A DNA stretch of 63,351 bases, counting the filler, from an uncultured bacterium (GTDB taxonomy: Bacteria > B130-G9): assembly GCA_965372715.1 (NCBI GenBank). It is 5 parts of 5 records of this genome, joined end to end, with 100 filler letters (N's around TTAATTAATTAA, not from the genome) between each part and the next. Parts side by side here need not be neighbours in the genome. Positions count along the whole stretch, not along the records: positions 45,270 to 59,606 come from CBDVDH010000074.1; 4 more parts are not named here. The stretch is one strand, 5' to 3'. The position numbers were made by a program, and so were the translations under genes. Of the stretch, positions 47,959 to 55,961 are shown piece by piece (within the stretch, counting starts at the first letter, position 1; the number at the start of each line of letters is the position of its first letter). The notes beneath the pieces were generated by a model. That model saw only the letters and a program-made list of their open reading frames with translations, was not told the origin of the DNA and did no database searches.

Positions 47959-48495
47959 ATGATGAAGAGAACCAAGAGAACGCTGATCGTAGCGGTCGCT
48001 CTGGTCTCGCTGATCTGCGCAGGACTCGCGTTCGCCAGGTGGGGTCAGGGGAAGCAGGCCATGGGCGATCTACCGGGCCAAGAGGCAAGGCAGCGTGGCT
48101 TCGACAGGCTCATCGATAAGCTTGGGCTGACCGAGGAGCAGGCGGAGGAGCTGAAGACCATTCTTGATGAGCATCGTGAGACCATGAAGGACCTCAAGAG
48201 CTCGCTTCGGGACTTGTATCGCGCAATCCGCGAGGAGCTCGGCAAGGATGAGCCAAACGAAGAGGAATTGGCGCGGCTCATAGCAGAGGTGGATGCAATT
48301 CGCGAGCAGATGAAGGCCGAGCAGGAAGCCTTCAAGGCGAAGATCGATGAGTTCAAGGCCGACCTGACAATAACGCAGCAGGCGCAGTTTCTGCTCTTCG
48401 AGGCAAGGATGCACGGCAGAATGCGCGGGCCCGGACGACACCAGAAAAGAGCGTGGGACGAAAGACCCGGCGAGGCGTGTCCATTGCTGCCCTGA
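47959..48495 (+). CDS. Spy/CpxP/ZraP-like periplasmic helical protein
   Basis: GGAGG RBS, signal peptide (AFA), LGLTEEQ and LTITQQ (LTxxQ) motifs. Confidence 0.85.
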   Translation: MMKRTKRTLIVAVALVSLICAGLAFARWGQGKQAMGDLPGQEARQRGFDRLIDKLGLTEEQAEELKTILDEHRETMKDLKSSLRDLYRAIREELGKDEPNEEELARLIAEVDAIREQMKAEQEAFKAKIDEFKADLTITQQAQFLLFEARMHGRMRGPGRHQKRAWDERPGEACPLLP

Positions 48496-48534
48496 AAGCG
48501 CGGCACATCAACTGCACTCGGTATCAGAAAGATA

Positions 48535-48566
48535 GGGCGTGTCCGCGTGGGCGCGTCCCCTTTCTT
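48535..48566 (+). terminator. Putative intrinsic terminator
   Basis: gggcgtgtcc-gcgt-gggcgcgtcc followed by cctttctt. Confidence 0.5.
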
Positions 48567-48603
48567 GTGCTCCAGCAAGAAGTTATGAGGGTTCAGGTGT
48601 GCC

Positions 48604-48619
48604 TGGCACGTGATTTGCA
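48604..48619 (+). promoter_or_regulatory. Sigma54 (-24/-12) promoter
   Basis: TGGCACGTGATTTGCA matches TGGCACG-N4-TTGCW exactly. Confidence 0.75.
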
Positions 48620-48668
48620 GCAAATGCTGCCCAGATGATCACAACGTCTGTAATAGGCATCAAACCTT

Positions 48669-48697
48669 GTTAAACCCTTTACAGAGGTTTGTTGTCT
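48669..48697 (+). promoter_or_regulatory. Putative ECF sigma promoter 2
   Basis: GTTAAAC-N17-TGTCT. Confidence 0.75.
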
Positions 48698-48782
48698 TTG
48701 GGGACGAGACATGAATGCGACGCAAACTGACAATTCAAAGTGCCAACAACATAAGACAACAGTGGCAAAGGATGGAGAGGTG

Positions 48783-50456
48783 ATGGCTTTGAGGACCGGC
48801 GCAGCTCGGCACAATCGGGTCGTATGGATGCGTTTTAGGCCCTGGCGCCTGCGGCTCATCGCAGTCTTTTTTCTACCGGTTAGCTTGATTTCTTGCGCGC
48901 ACACGCCTCGGTGGACGCCCCAGACTGTGGCGCCGCCTCAATCTCTTGAAAGCGCGTTGGAGATGGCGGCTCGGCCTGTTGCTGGGGAGATCGCCGGGCC
49001 GCCCATCAAAGATTCGGGGGTAGCCCCGGCAGCGCAGCCGACCTCCCTGGCGCTGACGCGGGATGGGGCGATCCTCACGGCTCTGGGGCGGAATCGCTCC
49101 CTGGCGGTGGCGCAGTTCGAGCCCAGAGTTGCAGCAACTTATGTTCCGGATGCGCGTGCCGCGTTTGATCCGAACCTCCTGGCCACAGTCTCCTACGGGA
49201 GGGATGTCCACCCATCTAGCCAGACGAGTCTGACGCCGGTTGTCAATGAGGACCGGGATCGTGTGGTTTCGCGAGAGTTCCAAAGCGACTTGTCCGTGTC
49301 CGAGTTCTTGCCCACAGGGACCGAGGTCTTTCTCTCTGGCGGATTCTCTCGCAGCCGCTCTTCTTCTGATTGGGATTACGAGGGTTCCTGGTCGGTGGGC
49401 GTCAATCAGTCGCTTCTGCGGGGCTTAGGCCCTGACGCCAATCTCGTATCGTTGCGCCAGGCAAGAAACAATGAGGCGAAGAGCCGGCACGAGCTTCGGT
49501 CCTTCGTGCTCGACCTGGTGTATCAGGTTGAGAACGCTTACTGGGAGCTAGTGCTTGCCACGGAGACGTTAAAGATACGAGAGTTTTCGGTTCAGCTGGC
49601 CAAGGATCAGCTTGGCCTGAATCAGGACCTGATCGTTGTTGGCAAGCTGTCCGCGGACGCCATAGTCTCAGCCGAGGCGGAATTGGCCTCGCGCAAGGCT
49701 GATCTGGTCGATGCGAGGGCCAACGTCAAGGGTCGGACCATCGATCTCATTCGTCTTTTGAATCCGGAGGGTCAGTCTCAATGGAAGCTGACGTTTACAG
49801 CTCTTGACCCCCCGGAGACTGAGCGTGTTGACCTGCGCCCTGAGATAAGTGCCGGACTTGCGGCCCTTTACAGACCGGAGTTGGCACAATCCCGTCTCGA
49901 CCTGGCCAATCGGGACCTGGAGGTTCTGCGAACTCGCAACGGGCTGCTTCCCAAGCTTGACGCCTTTGCGTCTTACGGGAGGCTCAGCAGCGGAGCTTCC
50001 GGGAGCGATGCGAGCAGTCATCTGGACGACCCTATGTTCGATTACTATCAGGTCGGGCTTTCCCTAGATGTGTCGCCTCTTAACAGGGGAGAGAGAGCCA
50101 GCCATAGAAGGGCGCGCTTTGAGCAAGGGCAGGCGGAGGCGGCCATCGAGAATCTTGAGCAGATCATCGAGGCCCAGGTCCGGCGCGCGGTTATCGAGGT
50201 CGAGAAGCAGTGGGAGAGGATTGCGGCAACCAAACAGGCGGTCAAGAGCAGACAAGAAGAGCTCAAGGTTGAGGAGAGCAGGTTCATGGTGGGCAAGTCC
50301 ACGAATCTGGACGTATCACAGGTTCACCGGGACCTGATTCAGGCGCAGTTGGACGAGGTGACCGCCAGGGCCCGATACATACAAGCCATCACTTCGCTCT
50401 ATCTGGCGGAAGGCACTTTGCTCTCGCGTCGGCGCGTGGCATCGGCTGTTGAATAG
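48783..50456 (+). CDS. TolC-family outer-membrane efflux lipoprotein (start uncertain: 48711/48783/48828)
   Basis: LISC lipobox, FDP.L, QSLLRG.G, VENAYWEL, LLPKLD; duplicated OEP repeats. Confidence 0.9.
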   Translation: MALRTGAARHNRVVWMRFRPWRLRLIAVFFLPVSLISCAHTPRWTPQTVAPPQSLESALEMAARPVAGEIAGPPIKDSGVAPAAQPTSLALTRDGAILTALGRNRSLAVAQFEPRVAATYVPDARAAFDPNLLATVSYGRDVHPSSQTSLTPVVNEDRDRVVSREFQSDLSVSEFLPTGTEVFLSGGFSRSRSSSDWDYEGSWSVGVNQSLLRGLGPDANLVSLRQARNNEAKSRHELRSFVLDLVYQVENAYWELVLATETLKIREFSVQLAKDQLGLNQDLIVVGKLSADAIVSAEAELASRKADLVDARANVKGRTIDLIRLLNPEGQSQWKLTFTALDPPETERVDLRPEISAGLAALYRPELAQSRLDLANRDLEVLRTRNGLLPKLDAFASYGRLSSGASGSDASSHLDDPMFDYYQVGLSLDVSPLNRGERASHRRARFEQGQAEAAIENLEQIIEAQVRRAVIEVEKQWERIAATKQAVKSRQEELKVEESRFMVGKSTNLDVSQVHRDLIQAQLDEVTARARYIQAITSLYLAEGTLLSRRRVASAVE

Positions 50457-50466
50457 GAGGCATAGT

Positions 50467-51810
50467 ATGAAAAAAAAGATCGTGATAATCGCCGGTGTTT
50501 GTGTGGTGATAGGCATCGGCTGCTATCTGTTGAACAGCGGCGGAAATGGCAATCCCGCGGATGGTTCTCAGGCGACGACGGTCAAGGCGGAGCGTGGGCC
50601 CATTCAGCTGAGAATAGAGAGCACCGGGCGGGTGGTCTCAAACCTGGATGTCGAGATCAAGTGCAAGGCAAGCGGTGAGGTCACTGGCGTGCCCTACGAC
50701 GTGAGCGACCCCGTCAAGAAGGGGGACCTGCTCGTAGAGCTCAACCCCATAGACGAGACGCGCCGGGTCAAACAGGCCGAGGTGAATCTGTCATCATCAA
50801 AGGCCAGGCTGGTTCAGGCTCAGCAGAATCTGCAGACGGCTGAGCGAGACCTGGCCAACGATATGGCCAGGGCACAGGCGGCTCTCAAGTCGGCTCGGGC
50901 GAAGCTCCAAGATGCCCAGGCTAAGGCGGAGCGCACCAAGAAGCTGCTTGAGGCGAACCGCGTCAGTATCGAGGAGAATGAGACTGCGCAGACGGCCGCC
51001 GCTCTTGCTGCCGTAGATTCGGAGAATGCTAAGATCACGTTGGCAGAGCTCGAGGTCAAGAAAGACGCTCTGGAAGTGTTGCGTCAGGACGTTGCGCTGG
51101 CGGAGGATCAGGTTGAATCCAACGAGATAGGGCTTGAAATGGCAGAGCAGCGGCTGAAGGACACAAAGGTCTTCGCGCCCATCGACGGCGTCGTCGCCGA
51201 CCGTCAAGTGGAGGTTGGGCAGATCATATCATCCCCCACCAGCAACGTCGGCGGCGGCACGACCTTGCTCATTCTATCGGACCTCTCACGAGTTTTCGTC
51301 CTCGCCTCGGTCGATGAGAGCGACATCGGCAGGATTGAGGTCGGGCAGCGAGTGGCGATTACGGCCGATGCGTTTCCTGACAAAGAGTTTTATGGAGAAG
51401 TTGTCCGCGTCGCCGCAAGAGGGGAGAACCTCTCCAACGTCGTTACGTTTGACGTCAAGATTGAGGTGCTCTCAGAGGAAAGAGACAGACTGAAGCCGGA
51501 GATGACCGCTAACGTAGTGATTATCGCGGCCGAGAGCGAAGACGCTCTGTTGATCCCGTCCGATACAGTGCAGAGGAGAGACGGGAAGACTTTCGTCTTG
51601 GCGCCGAGCGATGGCCGGGAGCCTGAGAGACGCAGGGTCGAAGTCGGGATAGACGATGGCGTCCGGACTGAGATTCTCAGCGGTCTGAAAGAGGGCGAGG
51701 AGGTCGTGCAGTCAAAAGGGCAGATACAGAGCCGCTGGGCGCGCCAGGAGGATGATCGATCGCGTCACCAAATGAGGACGATGATGCGCATCGGACGCGG
51801 AAGGCGATGA
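50467..51810 (+). CDS. MacA-like periplasmic adaptor (membrane fusion protein)
   Basis: AGGAGG RBS, N-terminal TM, lipoyl halves, coiled coil, APIDGVV, VDESDIG, LKPEMTA. Confidence 0.93.
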   Translation: MKKKIVIIAGVCVVIGIGCYLLNSGGNGNPADGSQATTVKAERGPIQLRIESTGRVVSNLDVEIKCKASGEVTGVPYDVSDPVKKGDLLVELNPIDETRRVKQAEVNLSSSKARLVQAQQNLQTAERDLANDMARAQAALKSARAKLQDAQAKAERTKKLLEANRVSIEENETAQTAAALAAVDSENAKITLAELEVKKDALEVLRQDVALAEDQVESNEIGLEMAEQRLKDTKVFAPIDGVVADRQVEVGQIISSPTSNVGGGTTLLILSDLSRVFVLASVDESDIGRIEVGQRVAITADAFPDKEFYGEVVRVAARGENLSNVVTFDVKIEVLSEERDRLKPEMTANVVIIAAESEDALLIPSDTVQRRDGKTFVLAPSDGREPERRRVEVGIDDGVRTEILSGLKEGEEVVQSKGQIQSRWARQEDDRSRHQMRTMMRIGRGRR

Positions 51811-52493
51811 TCATTGAAGTTGAATCGATGACCAAAACGTATTCGCTTGGGGGCAGCACCATAAGAGCCCTGGACAACGTGAGCTTTGGGGTCGAGACCG
51901 GCGAGAAGATGGCGATCATGGGGCCCTCGGGAAGCGGCAAATCCACTCTGATGCACCTGTTAGGCTGCCTCGATCGGCCCGATTCGGGGCGATACGTACT
52001 CGACGGTAAGAACGTTTCGCGGCTCTCGAAGAACGCTCTGGCCGAAGTGCGTAATCGCAAGATCGGGTTCGTGTTTCAGACCTTCAACCTTCTGCCGCGC
52101 ATCACGGCCTTGGAGAACGTTGAGCTGCCGCTGCTTTATGCGGGACATCGGGAGGCCAGAGGGCGCGCGGAGGAGGCGTTGGGAATCGTTGGCCTCTCGG
52201 ACCGTGTGGACCACGAGCCGAATCAGCTATCCGGGGGAGAGCGCCAGCGAGTCGCGGTGGCCCGAGCAATTGTGACCGATCCGGCTATCATTCTGGCCGA
52301 CGAGCCAACCGGCAACCTCGACACAAAAACGGGCGAAGAGATCATGAGGCTCTTCCAGGAGCTGAACGATCAGGGGCGAACGATCATCGTCGTGACGCAC
52401 GATCCCGAGGTGGCCACACACTGTTCTCGGCAGATTCACATTCGAGATGGGCAGATCAAACATTCAGAGCAGATGCCGACAGGAGGCGGATAG
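51807..52493 (+). CDS. ABC transporter ATP-binding protein (MacB/LolD family)
   Basis: [32 protein letters not shown]. Confidence 0.96.
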   Translation: MIIEVESMTKTYSLGGSTIRALDNVSFGVETGEKMAIMGPSGSGKSTLMHLLGCLDRPDSGRYVLDGKNVSRLSKNALAEVRNRKIGFVFQTFNLLPRITALENVELPLLYAGHREARGRAEEALGIVGLSDRVDHEPNQLSGGERQRVAVARAIVTDPAIILADEPTGNLDTKTGEEIMRLFQELNDQGRTIIVVTHDPEVATHCSRQIHIRDGQIKHSEQMPTGGG

Positions 52494-52495
52494 AC

Positions 52496-53704
52496 GTGCT
52501 TTTCTGGACTATCGTTAAGGTAGCGACCAAAAGCCTGCTAGCTAATAAGCTCAGATCGATTCTTGCTATGCTCGGCATCATTATCGGGGTGGCGGCAGTC
52601 ATCTCGATGCTTGCGCTTGGGGCGGGCGCCCAGAAGCGCATAGTGGACCGGATCTCGTCGATGGGGGCCAATCTGCTGATCGTGCGGCCCGGGCAGAGGG
52701 GCCGACGAGGGGTCCGAACTGGTCCCGTGCAGACTCTAACCCTGAATGATGCGCAGGCGCTGCTTGAAGAAGTGCCGGCGGTTGAGATGATCGCCCCGGT
52801 CGTTCGAGGAAGCGGGCAGTTCAAGTACTACAACAACAATTCACAGTCCGTCATCCTGGGCACGTCCATCACGTATTTTCCCATCCGCAATTTCGAGGTC
52901 GAGCGGGGCCGCGCGTTCACGGAGTCGGAGGTTGAGCGCTCGGCGCGAGTGGCCGTTCTTGGCGCGACAACAGTGGAGAACCTCTTTGAGAACAGCGATC
53001 CCTTTGAGGAGACGGTCAAGATCAAAGGCGTAAACTTCAAGGTTGTAGGTGTTCTGAAGGCCAAGGGCGATCAGGGCTGGTTCAATCCGGACGACCAGGC
53101 CATCATTCCTTATACAACGGCGATGAAGCAGCTTCTTGGCGTTGACTATCTGAGGGAGATAGACCTACAAGCCGTCGAGGGGGCAGACCACGCGCAGGTC
53201 CAGGCCGAAGCCAGCAAGGTCTTGAGGCGCCGCCATCGCATCCAACCTGAAGCGGACGATGATTTCCACATCCGCAACCTTGTAGAGATGGCTCAGGCCG
53301 CTTCCGACGTCACGCAGACGTTCACGATCCTGCTCGGCGCGGTGGCCGGAATATCTCTCTTGGTCGGGGGCATTGGCATCATGAATATCATGCTCGTGAC
53401 GGTTACTGAGCGAACCAGGGAGATCGGCATTAGAAAGGCCATTGGCGCCAGGGACAGGGACATCCTGACGCAGTTCTTGCTCGAGGCCATCGTGATGAGC
53501 GGACTTGGCGGGCTGCTCGGCGTGCTCGCAGGAGTCGGCGGCGCAGAGGCCATCGCAAATCTGTCCCAGTTTGGGACTGTGATCAATGCGTCCAGCGTTG
53601 TTCTTGCCCTTTCAGTCTCGGCGGCGGTTGGCATCTTCTTCGGCTTCTATCCCGCCCGTAGAGCCGCGCTGCTCGATCCCATCGACGCGCTGCGCTACGA
53701 GTGA
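52496..53704 (+). CDS. ABC transporter permease (MacB/FtsX family)
   Basis: LGIIIGVAAVI, ISLLVGGIGIMNIM, ERTREIGIRKAIGA, PIDALRYE. Confidence 0.96.
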   Translation: MLFWTIVKVATKSLLANKLRSILAMLGIIIGVAAVISMLALGAGAQKRIVDRISSMGANLLIVRPGQRGRRGVRTGPVQTLTLNDAQALLEEVPAVEMIAPVVRGSGQFKYYNNNSQSVILGTSITYFPIRNFEVERGRAFTESEVERSARVAVLGATTVENLFENSDPFEETVKIKGVNFKVVGVLKAKGDQGWFNPDDQAIIPYTTAMKQLLGVDYLREIDLQAVEGADHAQVQAEASKVLRRRHRIQPEADDDFHIRNLVEMAQAASDVTQTFTILLGAVAGISLLVGGIGIMNIMLVTVTERTREIGIRKAIGARDRDILTQFLLEAIVMSGLGGLLGVLAGVGGAEAIANLSQFGTVINASSVVLALSVSAAVGIFFGFYPARRAALLDPIDALRYE

Positions 53705-53710
53705 TCTCCG

Positions 53711-53812
53711 GAAGGATGAAGGATGAAAGATAAAGGATGAGTCATTCATTAGAGGAGCTTTGCCGCCTTCATCTTTCATCCTTCCGCCTTTGTCCTTGAT
53801 CCTTCATCCTTC
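53711..53812. repeat. Facing heptamer arrays (GAAGGAT)n ... (ATCCTTC)n
   Basis: About 4 units forward at 53711-53740 and about 6 inverted units at 53766-53812. Confidence 0.85.
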
Positions 53813-53826
53813 TACAGCTGGCAGCT

Positions 53827-53855
53827 GTTAAACTATTGTCGAACAAGGGCTGTCT
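53827..53855 (+). promoter_or_regulatory. Putative ECF sigma promoter 3 (autoregulatory)
   Basis: GTTAAAC-N17-TGTCT about 30 bp upstream of the ECF start. Confidence 0.78.
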
Positions 53856-53884
53856 ATACAAACAGACATGGACACGAAACCGAC

Positions 53885-54436
53885 ATGGCAGAGCTGAATG
53901 ACAGCAACGTAGAGCAGATAGTAAAGAGGGCACAGGATGGCGATAACGAGGCGTTTGAGCACTTATTCAAGCGATTTGGGCGGCCGCTTTACGGCACAAT
54001 CGCCAGGATTGTCGGCGACAAGGACAGCGCCCAGGAACTGTTGCAGGATGTGTTTCTCAAGATATACAGGAAGTTGTCATCGTTTGATCATCGCTCAAGT
54101 TTTTACACCTGGGCATATAGGATCGCGGTGAATATGTCCCTGAATCACTTGAAGTCGCAGAGCTCTCGGCGGGAGACACAGCTTGAGCCGTCCCAGTGGG
54201 AGTCGATCCCATCGACCGCAAGCGGCGACAGGGATGCGGTCTTCCTACAAGAGGCAGCGCGCGCCGCGATTCAAAAGGTCCCGCCCAAGCAGCGCGCTGT
54301 GCTAGTAATGCGGATTTATGACGGCATGGATTACGCCACTGTGGCGAGGACGCTTGGCTGCTCCGAGGGCGCGGCCAAGGCCAATTTTCACTTCGCGATG
54401 CAGAAGCTTCGCGAATACTTAAAGGATTACAAATAG
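53885..54436 (+). CDS. ECF RNA polymerase sigma-70 factor
   Basis: GDNEAF, QDVFLKIY, FYTWAYRIAVN, region 4 HTH. Confidence 0.95.
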   Translation: MAELNDSNVEQIVKRAQDGDNEAFEHLFKRFGRPLYGTIARIVGDKDSAQELLQDVFLKIYRKLSSFDHRSSFYTWAYRIAVNMSLNHLKSQSSRRETQLEPSQWESIPSTASGDRDAVFLQEAARAAIQKVPPKQRAVLVMRIYDGMDYATVARTLGCSEGAAKANFHFAMQKLREYLKDYK

Positions 54437-54445
54437 GTGATTATC

Positions 54446-55183
54446 GTGAATTGCGGGAGCTGTAGGGAACTCATCGACGAATACGTCTTGGGCTCGCTTC
54501 CCAACACGCTGCGGCACGAGCTGGAGGAGCACATCTCGACGTGCAGTGGCTGCAAGCAAGAACTCGAGGACGCGAGGCTCCTGCACGAGGCGCTAAGGGT
54601 TAATGTCGAGCAGATCGGGGACGCCGAGTGGGACGCGATTGAGAAGAAAACGTTGGCCAGGCTTCGCGCAGAGATGGCAAAGCCTACTCGTGAGAGCCTC
54701 GTCTCAAAGATAGCGGATTTCTTTAGACCCGTGCTCAGGCCGCAACCGAGGCTCGTGTTCGCGCTCGCATCGACGTTCGTCGTAGGTTTTGCTTTGGTCC
54801 TTTCTCTTGTATGGCTTCAGAGCTCAAGGGAACAGCTCGTATCTGGAGACTCGCTGCTTCATAGATTGTGGATGGACGATGGTGAGGCGCCTCGGCAAGC
54901 CGACGACCAGATAGCGTCCTTGATGACTGGGGTCGAGGAGATACTTGCGGAGCAGAACGGTGAGGACCTATACGAGTCCGATGCTGATTCTACTCTTGAC
55001 GCAATCGCGCAGGAGAGCGATCTGGGCGAGATGGACCCCGACGTCATCGACAGTCAGATACATGGATACTACGACGTATGGGCGGTCAACGGCGGCTACT
55101 ACTCGGACATCCTTGACGCCTCAAATGAGGAGATGAAATCCGCAATACAAGCCGTGTTTGGCGGAACTGAAAATGGAAGTTAG
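54446..55183 (+). CDS. Zinc-binding (zf-HC2) transmembrane anti-sigma factor
   Basis: NCGSC...HISTCSGC, one TM, acidic periplasmic tail. Confidence 0.9.
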   Translation: MNCGSCRELIDEYVLGSLPNTLRHELEEHISTCSGCKQELEDARLLHEALRVNVEQIGDAEWDAIEKKTLARLRAEMAKPTRESLVSKIADFFRPVLRPQPRLVFALASTFVVGFALVLSLVWLQSSREQLVSGDSLLHRLWMDDGEAPRQADDQIASLMTGVEEILAEQNGEDLYESDADSTLDAIAQESDLGEMDPDVIDSQIHGYYDVWAVNGGYYSDILDASNEEMKSAIQAVFGGTENGS

Positions 55184-55252
55184 CTAACGATCACATAAAC
55201 GGAATAGACCGCTGGGTCAAACAATTCAAGACTAACGTAGGAGGAAAATGAA

Positions 55253-55846
55253 GTGATGACAACCAAGAGCACACGGATCGTGGCAATAGCAGTCTGTTCG
55301 CTGTTTCTTGTTGGGACGGCGTTCGCACAGCCGGGCATGGGCTTCGGGTTCTTCGGGGACGATGGCCCAGGAAAGGGCAAAGGCAAGCGAGCCGAGACAA
55401 AGGAGCTGCTTGCGACCGTCTATCTGATGGAGCTGACGAAGGCGCTTGAGCTCTCGAAGGAGCAGGCGATTGACGTCTCCTTGATCATCGAGAAGCGAGA
55501 AAAGGCCAAAGAAGCGCGCCAGAAGGTGATGCGCGAGGCGATGCGCGAGATCAAGCACGAATTGGCCAAGGACAGCCCCAGCGAAAAGAAGCTCAAGAAG
55601 TGGATTGCAGAGGCCAAGTCTGCGCGCGACAAGATGAAGGCTAGCGAGTCCAAGACCAGGGACGCGATCTTTGCGAAGCTGTCGGTAACGCAGCAGGCGA
55701 AATTCATCCTGTTCCACGGCAAGTGGATGAGAAAACTCGGCCGCATCAAGGAGCACATCAGAAATGAGAAGATGCGCAAGCATCGTCGCGGTGGGCCCGA
55801 TGGACCGATGGGCGACGGCCCTGCCGGGCGCAAGGGAATGAAGTAG
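55253..55846 (+). CDS. Spy/CpxP-like periplasmic helical protein (basic)
   Basis: AGGAGG RBS, signal peptide AFA, LELSKEQ, LSVTQQAKF. Confidence 0.82.
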   Translation: MMTTKSTRIVAIAVCSLFLVGTAFAQPGMGFGFFGDDGPGKGKGKRAETKELLATVYLMELTKALELSKEQAIDVSLIIEKREKAKEARQKVMREAMREIKHELAKDSPSEKKLKKWIAEAKSARDKMKASESKTRDAIFAKLSVTQQAKFILFHGKWMRKLGRIKEHIRNEKMRKHRRGGPDGPMGDGPAGRKGMK

Positions 55847-55892
55847 TCTGGCCAACGCCACCTCAAGCCCGGAAATAGACCCGTAATCTCTG

Positions 55893-55925
55893 AGGGGGCA
55901 TGTCCTTCAAGGCGTGCCCCCTTTT
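55893..55925 (+). terminator. Intrinsic terminator
   Basis: agggggcatgtc-cttcaa-ggcgtgccccct followed by T tract. Confidence 0.65.
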
Positions 55926-55961
55926 CGCCTTTTCCTCTCTTCGCCCTTTCGCCCGATTGGG

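Noticed and set aside
55216-55245. Fourth ECF promoter (GTCAAAC) before the second Spy-like gene
   Set aside because: No TGTCT at 16-17 bp; the gene is probably co-transcribed with the ECF operon.
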